DNA of 64,000 nt from Trichoplax adhaerens. Taxonomy: Eukaryota > Animalia > Placozoa. The stretch's first letter is position 1, and each line of letters starts with the position of its first letter. The notes under the pieces are model-generated. The model worked only from the letters and a program-made list of their open reading frames with translations, had not been told where the DNA came from and made no database searches. The translations under genes and the position numbers were made by a program. The stretch is from NCBI RefSeq assembly GCF_000150275.1, contig NW_002060950.1:1476106-1540105 (forward strand), read 5' to 3'. Of this stretch, positions 27,512-43,000 are shown piece by piece.

Positions 27512-28627
27512 ATGTCTAATCATAGCCTTAGCTCAAATCAGACTAGCGGATTTACACCGCTTGCTAATGCTGAAGCTCAAGTACATTTTACTGCTTATGT
27601 GATTGTGATGGTTATAGCTATCCCTGCTAATATAGTCACTATTTTTTCTTTTATCATCGATCGTACATTGTGTACCAATTTTAATCTCTTCTTGCTTAAC
27701 ATGGCTTTCATCGATTTGTTGACCAGTTTATTTCGCATCGGTTTCAACGCTTTCTGTATTGCCACTATTGGAAATTCTACATGGCCATATGGTCAGCCAC
27801 TATGTGATTTTGACGGATTTATACAATGCGTTGTCTATGCCGCTAACATTTACACTCTCATGGTTATAGCAGTTTGCCGTTATATAGCAATTGTTCATTC
27901 CAAACAGCATTTAATTACCAAAAAAGTTGTCTGTATTATTATTGCTATCATTTGGGCCTTTAGTTCCCTGTGTTCGGTCTTTCCTATCATGGGTTGGAAT
28001 CGATTTCGCTATCAACCTTACGAGCACGCTTGCGTGCCTGATTGGTCTTATGAGAAGAGCTTTCCTTTTTATGTTATGGCTACCGAATTTGTTCTCCCAA
28101 TGATAATTTTACTTTACTGTTACACCGGAATATTTATCAACCTAAGGAGAAATTCATTTCGAATGCGTACTGTTTCAGAATTGAACAGTGGCAATAATGA
28201 GGCCATGAAGAAAATAGCCCAGCGTGAGGGAAAGGTTTCTCGTGGCATGTTTATCATCTTCTTAGCCTTCGTCATTTGTTTTGCACCATATAGCATATGT
28301 ATGTTTCTATTAAAACCTGTATTCAATATTGAATTAAACAGGGGTTTGGTCTTCTTTTGCGGATTTATGGCCAATGTGAATAGCTTACTGAATCCTATTA
28401 TTTATGCTATCTTGTATAAACGCTTTCGGCAAGCTTACTATCAAGTGCTGTGCTATTGCTACAGTAAATTAACATTCAGCTCTTTAGTGGATCATGCAGG
28501 ATGCAATCGCAATCACGGATTGCGATCATCAGAAATGGGTGTCATCGAAAATAATAACGCCAATCATTCTACCAGTCCATCTATGAAAGCTTCTAATGAT
28601 GATGGTAAAAAATATCGAGTGTTTTAG
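27512..28627 (+). CDS. Class A GPCR, placopsin-like, paralog 5 (recent duplicate of paralog 4, shortened C-tail)
   Basis: 371 aa, colinear with paralog 4. A 2-nt deletion near the end (cgaaggcgttttag vs cgagtgttttag) gives KKYRVF* instead of KKYRRRFSFIYNEEDINNR*. Confidence 0.92.
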   Translation: MSNHSLSSNQTSGFTPLANAEAQVHFTAYVIVMVIAIPANIVTIFSFIIDRTLCTNFNLFLLNMAFIDLLTSLFRIGFNAFCIATIGNSTWPYGQPLCDFDGFIQCVVYAANIYTLMVIAVCRYIAIVHSKQHLITKKVVCIIIAIIWAFSSLCSVFPIMGWNRFRYQPYEHACVPDWSYEKSFPFYVMATEFVLPMIILLYCYTGIFINLRRNSFRMRTVSELNSGNNEAMKKIAQREGKVSRGMFIIFLAFVICFAPYSICMFLLKPVFNIELNRGLVFFCGFMANVNSLLNPIIYAILYKRFRQAYYQVLCYCYSKLTFSSLVDHAGCNRNHGLRSSEMGVIENNNANHSTSPSMKASNDDGKKYRVF

Positions 28628-28651
28628 CTTCATCTACAACAAAGAGGACAT

Positions 28652-29731
28652 TCCTCATCCCAGCCACTCGCCCTTGAAATGAGCAGCGCGAGGGTATTTA
28701 TACTACTGTACTGTTAAATGACTTTGATTATGGGTTCATTTCAATAGCTCAGTATAAGATTCTTACAGTACTTTTTACCTCAAGATTTCTTCATGTAAAA
28801 CGAATAGATCTAAGGTAGTCATTTCTGCAGAGTACTGATTATTAAAATAGTATTCGTTATATCGCTAAGGGTGGCCACTAGGCCTTTAAATTTTGATTTC
28901 ATGTAATATTCTGATGAAAATTGAATAAACATAAAATCTTTATAGAGTTTTCTACACAGCCATTTTGATTGTTACATTTTCTTATAACGGTTACTATCGA
29001 CAGAGCAAGCTTTGCTTGCATACTCAAGCGATCCTTAGACACATTATAATGATTGGTATAGAATTGACCACAGTACTAAGGACATTGAACCGCACTGTAG
29101 ATATCTTACAGTACCTGTTAATCTTGACTTGGTATGTCCATCACCGTACATTAGTTATCGTAATGTGCTTTGGACTATTAACTAATCTTAATATAACATA
29201 GTACATTACTATTACAGGGATATATATATATAATACTATCTGTTAATTTTATTAACAAATTGAGCATAAACGTATATTTGACAGTTTCGTTTACCAACCT
29301 TAACATAGCATTAATACTGTATATAGTAACCATCCTTATTCGGTAAACATACTAATACGAAAGTTACTTAACGAAATTTGAATTGGTATAGAAATGAATG
29401 ATCTCTAGGGTTTATGTAAATATTATTGAGAAGGTAGAAGCGATTGATACACATCAGGAGGTACTATTAGTTCTATTGCTCTCATGCAATTCGTAGTGTT
29501 ACCCTACTGTAGTTCCCTGTCCCGGTTATTTTTGATTGCTATATATCATATAACAAAAAATGTTTCTAAGAGGATAATGTCAGTTAGTCAGCGATCTGAT
29601 AGGCGAAAGCGAAGTGAACAACGTGGAAATACACGATCAGTACGTACATTAAATCAATCTGTAAGTAATATCAGGAATTCTGAAGTAGATAGTACTCCTA
29701 GAGATCANAATCAGCCAGCAGGTAATCGTAG
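28652..29731 (+). mobile_element. Non-autonomous Helitron, copy/allele 1 (3' end lost in the N gap)
   Basis: Near-identical to 30207-31153 with the same 5' junction (gaggacat|tcctcatccc), plus 134 extra bp at 29172-29305. Confidence 0.75.
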
Positions 29732-29911
29732 NNNNNNNNNNNNNNNNNNNNNNNNNNNNNNNNNNNNNNNNNNNNNNNNNNNNNNNNNNNNNNNNNNNNN
29801 NNNNNNNNNNNNNNNNNNNNNNNNNNNNNNNNNNNNNNNNNNNNNNNNNNNNNNNNNNNNNNNNNNNNNNNNNNNNNNNNNNNNNNNNNNNNNNNNNNNN
29901 NNNNNNNNNNN
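29732..29911. other. Assembly gap (180 N)
   Basis: Run of N characters. Confidence 1.
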
Positions 29912-30182
29912 TTGCGGATTTATGGCCAATGTGAATAGCTTACTGAATCCTATTATTTATGCTATCTTGTATAAACGCTTTCGGCAAGCTTACTATCAAG
30001 TGCTGTGTTATTGCTACAGTAAATTAACATTCAGCTCTTTAGTGGATCATGCAGGATGCAATCGCAATCACGGATTACGATCATCAGAAATGGGTGTCAT
30101 CGAAAATAATAACGCCAATCATTCTACCAGTCCATCTATGAAAGCTTCTAATGATGATGGTAAAAAATATCGAGTGTTTTAG
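29912..30182 (+). other. Second copy of the 3' end of GPCR paralog 5 (probable alternative haplotype)
   Basis: Matches 28357-28627 and encodes the same peptide (CGFMANVNS...KKYRVF*). It starts exactly at the gap edge. Confidence 0.8.
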
Positions 30183-30206
30183 CTTCATCTACAACAAAGA
30201 GGACAT

Positions 30207-31431
30207 TCCTCATCCCAGCCACTCGCCCTTGAAATGAGCAGCGCGAGGGTATTTATACTACTGTACTGTTAAATGACTTTGATTATGGGTTCATTTCAAT
30301 AGCTCAGTATAAGATTCTTACAGTACTTTTTACCTAAAGATTTCTTCATGTAAAACGAATAGATCTAAGATAGTAATTTCTGCAGAGTACTGATTATTAA
30401 AATAGTATTCATTATATCGCTAAGAGTGGCTACTGGGCCTTTAAATTTTGATTTCGTGTAATATTCTGATGAAAATTGAATAAACATAGAATCTTTATAG
30501 AGTTTTCTACACAGCCATTTTGATTGTTACATTTTCTTATAACGGTTACTATCGACAGAGCAAGCTTTGCTTGCATACTCAAGCGATCCTTAGACACATT
30601 ATAATGATTGGTATAGAATTGACCACAGTACTAAGGACATTGAACCGCACTGTAGATATCTTACAGTACCTGCTAATCTTGACTTGGTATGTCCATCACC
30701 GTACATTAGTTATCGTAATGTGCTTTTAGCATTAATACTGTATATAGTAACCATCCTTATTCGGTAAACATACTAATACGAAAGTTACTTAACGAAATTT
30801 GAATTGGCATAGAAATGAATGATCTCTAGGGTTTATGTAAATATTATTGAGAAGGTAGAAGTGATTGATACACATCAGGAGGTACTATTAGTTCTATTGC
30901 TCTCATGCAATTCGTAGTGTTACCCTACTGTAGTTCCCCTGTCCCGGTTATTTTTGATTGCTATATATCATATAACAAAAAGTGTTTCTAAGAGGATAAT
31001 GTCAGTTAGTCAACGATCTGATAGGCGAAAGCGAAGTGAACAACGTGGAAATACACGATCAGTACGTACATTAAATCAATCTGTAAGTCATATCAGGAAT
31101 TCTGAAGTAGATAGTACTCCTAGAGATCAAAATCAGCCAGCAGGTAATCGTAGCAGAAACTATCATCATCGCCAATTACATCGAATAGGAAGATTAGGTG
31201 ATATTGACTCGATAGCAACAATCGATGATTTTGTATCTGCTCAGCATACATGCGGCTATATGAACCATTCCTGCAGTTACTGCAATGCACAAATGTAGTA
31301 CTTTTGTACAGCATACAGTACACGGTAAAAAGTTACTGAACCTCTGACAGGTCTATCAAATGGTAATACTATGACTGTTAAATGAGCACATTATCGTAAA
31401 CCGTCAGCAAAGCGACGGGAGTTTGCACTAG
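30207..31431 (+). mobile_element. Non-autonomous Helitron (~1.2 kb)
   Basis: Absent at the paralogous site (~23995-24005). Starts TC. Ends with hairpin CCGTC(A)GC-AAA-GCGACGG (31401-31418), a 9-nt spacer and CTAG (31428-31431), followed by T where host homology resumes (tagatagcgaaata vs tagataacgaaata). No TSD. Contains a RepHel-like N-terminal remnant. Confidence 0.85.
30999..31298 (+). pseudogene. Truncated N-terminus of a Helitron Rep/helicase protein
   Basis: Arg-rich low-complexity start followed by H-x-x-G-x-M-x3-C-x2-C-x-A (QHTCGYMNHSCSYCNAQM*). This resembles the N-terminal Cys motif of Helitron RepHel proteins. The ORF stops immediately after it. Confidence 0.65.
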
Positions 31432-31455
31432 TAGATAGCGAAATAAATGGAAATA

Positions 31456-32011
31456 TGTAATGTAACTAGTATTGTGATTGTAGACTGTTAGCCATGTTTA
31501 GTATAATGTACGGTAGATATTTATCCTAAGTGATATTTGGTAGCTATGACTATAGACTGTAGTGGTATAGACACTATGCTAGAGTACAGATGACTATATA
31601 TAGTAAGGTGTTGAGTTACTAATAAGGCTATACGTAAAAATAGAAATGTAAATCATATATTAGGATATGGTTAATTCATTGTACTTTGGCTGGTGTGAAT
31701 AATATCTACGTAAGTACAGTACTGTAGTCTTATCCATATTGGATTAATGATGGTCCGCAGTAGAATAGTCTTACTAAGAATAATTTAACTAAGTGTAAAA
31801 TAAGGTAAAAGGTTGCCATGCGGATTGTAGCTGCGAATGCTAAGGAAAGTATAAAAGCATACAACTTTAGATTATTCTGTTAGTTCGTTCTAGAAGTCTT
31901 TAGTACTAGTATTCGGCTAAAGTAGAGTTGTGTGTAGTTAATCTTTGTATAAGATTCAATAAAGCCGTTATTTTTCTAAAATTTGGAATCTCGTGATTGG
32001 TATATATCACA
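31456..32011 (+). mobile_element. Solo LTR (556 bp)
   Basis: TGTAATGTA...TATATCACA termini with a 5-bp TSD AAATA (31451-31455 and 32012-32016). Absent at the paralogous site (~24021-24030). TATAAAA at 31850 and AATAAA at 31958 are in LTR order. Confidence 0.85.
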
Positions 32012-35000
32012 AAATATTAAATTCAAATTCAAATGCATATCTTTAGATATTGCTTGTATCGCAATTGTACATTTATGGAGCGGTGCTATTTATTAGCTAG
32101 ACTGGATAAAATTCGGTGAAACATTGACTATCTTTTCTATCCGAAATTCATCGAAATAGTAATTGTATGAATTATAAACAAAACATTTTGCTAATCCAAG
32201 AAGTTTCATCATCAAGTGCATATTTAATTTCTACATATTTAATGCCTCGGATCGGTCAGAGGAAATTAAAAATTATTCTGTATTATATAAATTGAAAAGT
32301 ACTGCTTTAACTAACTAGCTAATCATTTATGGCCATTTTCAAATATTATGAATTACAAGTTAAATTCAGATTTGCGATATACTGTAAAAACTGATAGTAC
32401 CAGTGCTATATTTTAAATGAATAAGTATAATAGAAGTACCATTGAATTATTCATTGCATCGAAATATATTGCAAATCAATGTTGACAAAATAGCGTAAGG
32501 TAGTTGTTGGAAACTCTAGGATTTTATTTCGTCATTAGCGTTGATTTTATTATCTGATTCTAGTTAGTAGTTTCTTCCTAATTATCAAAATTCACACACG
32601 CGATATTTCTACTGTTTGCCTTCTATCTTGCCGTTCAGAATTTTTCCTTTTCTGGTTCTTAAATCAATTTTTCTAGTAATTTTTTTGGCAAAGTTGCTTT
32701 AATGCATAATGTACATACTGAGCCGTTTAATGTTGTTGGTAGTACTGATTTTCCATTAATTCTTGGATATTGATTAGGTATGGTACTATTGATTATACAG
32801 CAGCCTTTGTAGTATTAATACTTCTATCTAATAGGATCGGTATATTCATATATTCGTATTAGTAACTTACTACGCTTATTTATCTTATTCAATAAAACTG
32901 AGATATAAAGGTAAGGATATATGATAGTTATTAACGCGTAAATTTTCGTGATATTCACTTCGCTAAATGAACTAACTCTATTCTATTTTCTGATAGAGAA
33001 TATTTCTTAGCTAACCGGATTTCAAATAATTGAAAATAGAATTGAAATTATAAATATTATTATGCTATTTTCGTATTAGTAGCCTTGTCAAGGGAACAAC
33101 CCTGTTTGTATTTAGAAACTATTACCCATCTTACCCAATGACTAGACCACTCTTTCAGTGGCGTAGCAAGTTTTCTGTAGTGGTTGAAAGCTATTCAGAT
33201 ATAGTGCAGCCTTTAATTCGATCTTTTAAATTTTCAAGGTATTTATATTTAATTTAGCTCATATTCCCCATAAACAGATCATTTCCACCGTGGGCAATTA
33301 GCTCCCGATGTTTTTGTTCATTTTTACCGCAGTATTGAGCAACTTTATGTCTTTAAAATTTCTAATGCAAACCAACGGTCACTGGTAAATGTACACTGTA
33401 CAGTCAATTCAACCAGTATACAAGTTACGCTGTAATAGTGGTCTATACAGTATAATTTGGATATGAGATTAAAATTAATATTGCCTTTTTACTCAATCTG
33501 CAATGCTAACTATTCTAAATCATAGCTAGCCCAGTTTCTATTTAGAAACCAGTGCTTACTGTGACCATTATAATGAAAATATAGAATTAAGATTATAGTT
33601 ATCTACGAACTATTTATTATGCTTATTTCAATACAGAAACAATTTATTATCTTACCTATTTTAATGAGGATATTAGAAATTGAGATTATATCGTAGTTTT
33701 CAGTAAGCTATTTTTCGTGATACGCGTACGCATACTGTATAAGGGACCTGTCACAAATTTCGTTTGTTACTATGAATTCTCTTCTTCTATGATTACCTGT
33801 AAAACCTTCTACCGTATTATAAATCTGCTACCAAGCGTCAATACTTTCACTACCTTGACGAAGGACCTTAGTCAACAGTAAGAGTTATTCTAGAAGTTTA
33901 CTAGGTAATATTACAAAAGCTATCTTTATTCAACTGTCGTTCCACTCCGCAGCTTAAATTACTATCCTCTCTTTTTTAAGTACAAATGCGCTTCCTTATA
34001 TGCTTGTGCCAAACTCCACCTGTACAATCTGTTCATTATTTCCTATACCGTAATATAGTCTTTTTCTGTGCACATGTAATTATATCAATTATTCCAGAAC
34101 ATATACATGTGTTAAACAATATATTACGTGCCAACTTAAATCAGCTTAGTGCCTAACAGATTGCATAAATGTGTGACAATTGCCATTTTGATTATTACCC
34201 GTATTTTGCATAGTACTTAACCTAAATCTACACAGCCACTAATGGAAATCCATTATCGGTTGAATATTACAATTTTACCATAATATTTACAACTATCTAT
34301 TTCTAAATCAATTTACATTATCACGTTTACTATCTTAAACCATAACAGTATCTTACTAAAGAGTCAATATTTTTTACAAAATATTTACTTATCTACTTAC
34401 TTTTCCAGCTATAATTTAAATAGAAATTGAGATTATAGTATTGGGTATGCTATTTTCTGTTATATATGTTATATATGAATGGCTACTAAAAGAACTAATT
34501 GGAATTCACTTCGAAAAATACCAGTATTTGCTTGCCTTACACAATAGAATCCATTTATAAAATCGATGTTATAGTTATCAGCATGCTATTTTTCGTAATT
34601 TCACCTTTTCCAAATTATTTTTTAATCCTATTTCTAATTAGCAAGCTTATTTTATCTATTCCAATTAAGATATAGGCCTACGTTTCTAGTTAGCAACAAG
34701 CAATTTTTTTGCTATGTATGGGTACAAGTACTTTGCAATTTGGACCGTTTCTACTCCTCGTTAGAAATACGAGTCTATTTTCTTCCTTTGCTAAATTGAT
34801 TTCAGCTAATTTCAGTAGATATATGCTTTAAAATATAACAAGTATTAGGCTAAAAAATAAATAGTATCGTTAGCAGCAGCCATTTTTACTATTTTAACCT
34901 AATTTTGTATCATAGACCGATGCATGTTTGTACTGTTAGCTGGGAAGTCCTTTAGCGAGACAATACACTATATCATGCGGTGATGTATGGGACAGTATAG

Positions 35001-35325
35001 TACGTCTTACACATACATGTCATATGATGTAAAATAAATGACACTCTGTTATATCATCTTGACTGTGGTATAGTATACATTAGATTAGCGAAAAAGTCAA
35101 AAGTATGACAAAGAGTTTTGCATTTTGTGTCGCCACGAGCACCCTACTCTACTGTTCTGTACATCACCTAAAACCCATAGAAAAGCTTATTGCAATAACA
35201 TCGTAAGCGTAGAAGTAATCCTAACCACCAGCGAGACGTTTTTTAGTGGCATGGACTAGATTATAGTCTAGGAGTCAACAGCAGTGGAGAAGATCGGCGG
35301 ACAGCTCCTGCAGATTTCATCAACT

Positions 35326-39519
<4,194 letters not shown>

Positions 39520-40041
39520 TCCAGACAAGCTATCCTTTCTGTTATGAAAAATTTTAATCACAATATTTTTGTAAAACTTTCGACAGGATAAGTAGCAAAT
39601 TAATAAGGCAATATAAGAATATATCTGTAATATAAAGATATACTGTCATAAGGGTTAAATGTTAATTGATCTTTGTGAGCATGCAAATTTTAAATTTGAC
39701 TACCATTGTTTGCAATGAACTTAATACAAGGATTCTATTAAACAAATTTGATCGATGTCATTCCCCATTTTAAACATACATTGTAGATAAGAAGTAAAAT
39801 CACTTAATTTGGGCACGCAACTAAATTTTAAGCTGTAAGTCCAATCGGTTGACGTTAGTAGTAATTTATGTAATTACGCAATGCCGATCATTAATAAAAT
39901 AAATAAAAGCCATCTGCAAATATAGTCGGCATTATACAACCAACTCTCTCGTGTTGTTTTACTCTACTATAACTGTAAATCGATTTAAGGAGCACATATT
40001 CCATATTAAGATATTCTTAGCATAATAAGTTGATTCATGTT

Positions 40042-43000
40042 TTACTGATTAGAAATATATTGTTGACAATATCGATTTAAATCTGAGTAAGGCGATACGG
40101 AGGAAGCAAAGGTAGATAAAAAGGTTCTCTTTTGAGTCTGGTCAAGGTTCTACAAGGTAAAAAACGCAGCATAATCAATTTTTGATTAATATAATTACAT
40201 CAAGCACACAGTAGCCTATAATGATCAGAAAGGATCGAAACATTTGCATACCTTATTGACGAAAAAATCCAGAGCAGTCGTATAAAATATTTGTTTATCA
40301 ACTTGCTCTAATTTACCTATTCTACTGATCACATAAGGCAACCTAAGAAATAAATTCAAAATAATTCGAAGACAGTAATATCAATGGTTAGGCAAAGATC
40401 AAAAAATTTGCTTCAGATAGTAATCGCAGTAGTCTATGTATCCTACAATGATCGGATCCAGTAATTAGTTGAAGCACTGATTAGTAAACAATTCAAACCC
40501 CATACAGCCATAGCTAAAGGTGTCCTATAAATGAATTATATGGCTAAATCTTAGTCTTTCAATAATTACACTTATTTCATATTCGATATTATTACCTTTG
40601 CGTAAAACTACCGATAGAGAGCATGACCCATTTTGTAACTGCTGTCTGCTGCGACTGACGCTGAAGATTTTCAAAAACTTTAAATAGTACTTCAGCCATA
40701 AGTTGAGGATGAGGTTGTTGACTACTTAAAAACTCTCCTATAACTTTATTCATTATCTCCTGAGGTGAAAAGAAATCTTCCAATACAGATGGTAAAATAT
40801 GAGCAACTACTGTAGCTTCCGAAGGCAGCCCCTTCCTAATCCTATTAGTATAAGATTACAGATAACAATATGTTAAGTACGATTGAGATGATAATAAAAA
40901 ATTCAAAATCGTATAGTAATTTTAAAATTAAAATGCTGCTGAAAGCTGAATACAGAACAGAATATTCATCAAAATTTAAGGTTAAGGTTATTAATGTATA
41001 GTAAACTAGTATGCATTAATATACTCAATGCAAAGTTTTGATACTATTCCATTCAATATTCAGCTTATTACAGTATATGATAATCTGTCATATATACTAT
41101 CGTATATTTATTGAGAAAAGTATATATTATCCAAAAGAAATAAAGAATAGGAATAATAGGACAAATACAACATTCATGCATGACAGCAGTAACAAGGTAG
41201 ATCTCATTCACCTGTCAAATAAGATAGTCACTCGCTCAATTGTATGTACGTTGGCCATAGCATCAAGCTCTTGACCAGGGTTGGCTTCACTTTCAATTTT
41301 TCCTAGAATATGTATAACAGTTAGGTGGTTGCTAACTTGCTACTGAACGCTGGCTTGATATTAAATCCCAATGTTCTTACCGGCGTACATGCATGTTAAA
41401 AGTAGTCCAAGAGCAGACAAAGCTCTCTCAGGGCTTGGCATAGATAATCTAAATGATGCAATTGTAACAATAAAAATATCATCATTCTGCAATGTTAAGG
41501 ATGTATACGCATATAATTATAAGGTGCCTAAACTTACGTATCCTTACCTATCTATACTAAGTTTGATAATCATATCCGATTCATCCGGTGTTAACGTAAA
41601 GGATAAAATAATTCTCTCTAGTCCTCTCATAATGGCATGATATATAACAGGAGGGGTTACTTCATCGCTGGCACTGATCATTGTCACAACAATCTAATAA
41701 AAATATGAGTTTGTACATTTCGCATACCAAGAATAAGCCATATGCGTAATATTATAATACACTTCTATAATCAATTTCCCTATTTCGAGTAATGTTATTA
41801 ACAAGAATACTTACTTGTAACACTAACTGAAAAAAGTTTGTGTCTTTAATGTCATCCACATAATGTTCAATAATAAAGAAAGCTGCCGATAGCATTACCA
41901 AAGTATGTTGATAACTAGTTCCAAACGACATCCTGAGCGCAATCAATATTTTAAGTAATTAAGATATAGCTATATTACTCTTTGAATTATGGTGATAACA
42001 AATAGAATATAAATCTTACAATTGTACTTCACTTAATTTTGTTGTCAAATAATTAATTAGCGGATCTAAGAATGCTGTTAAGGAGCTCATTGGATGGGGT
42101 TCTAATATATATAGTACTCCAAACAGGCCACAAATCTAGAGTTTATTGTGAATTACATTAATGCGACATTTAATATAACAATTTACAAATCATTTCTATA
42201 AGTACAGTAGGAATACCTGTAGCGACAAGTAACTACTCTTCAGTGAAAATTCAATTACGCGACAAATTTTATCAACTGATTGGCCATCCTATGAAATAAG
42301 TTATCGACAAATAATTTTAATACAAATGCGTAACCATTTACTGATTAAATTAATTGGAATTACATTTCTAATACTTACTAATCCTAAGACTGAAACGGCT
42401 TTACAAATTCCAATGACAATATACTGCATCATGACATCGTCTTCGGCTGGATGATATTTATATAATTCCATAAATATATCATACATCCACTGAAAGTGTT
42501 CACGATTAACGAAAATATCTGACAATACCAAAACCTGAAGTGAAGCAAAAAATGCTAAGAAGCGAATGATAAATCCAGAAAGGACAATGGCTGAAATAAA
42601 TTACTTTTATTACCGATTTTGCAGCTTCTCGTTTAAGGTTAATTGTTATATTTTGTGAAGTTTGAGGTGTAAGCCACCGTTCAAATAATTCGAGTAGAAA
42701 TTGCAAACAAGAATGAATGTCTAATCCGATATCTTCTTCAAATATTGTAGCTCTTGAATAAGCGTCGTCTTTGTTGTCAGTCTCCGAAACTTGCATTCGC
42801 AATACACAAACTGGAACCTTTAATAATATAATCAAAGGAACTGTTATGATAAGATGTACATGAGTGACTGATGTAATCAATCTAAGAATTTAGATCACAA
42901 ACCTGGCCAAGAACATATTCCAAGCATGATATGTCACGTTCAGTGTTGCTATTATATAGCATTCGGCTACTGTTATGGTTACTACGTAACCAAAAGTGGC

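Larger units (their letters stand above)
22222..34086 (+). repeat. Tandem segmental duplication carrying GPCR paralogs 4 and 5 (unit 1: 22222-26879; unit 2: 26880-34086)
   Basis: Both units start tgtttctgtcctctattattaaaatatgc and end cacatgtaattatatc. Upstream and downstream non-coding flanks are near-identical. Unit 2 is lengthened by insertions. Confidence 0.92.

Noticed and set aside
23462-28374. Matching 84 aa antisense ORFs (23462-23716 and 28120-28374) and other short ORFs overlapping the GPCRs
   Set aside because: Shadows of the duplicated GPCR CDS with no independent evidence.
1926-28627. Calling the GPCRs true light-sensitive opsins
   Set aside because: The Schiff-base lysine site (N302 minus 6) is Asn in all five, and no compensating pocket Lys was seen.
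29484-30182. 232 aa Helitron-GPCR fusion ORF
   Set aside because: Artefact of translating through the 180-N gap.
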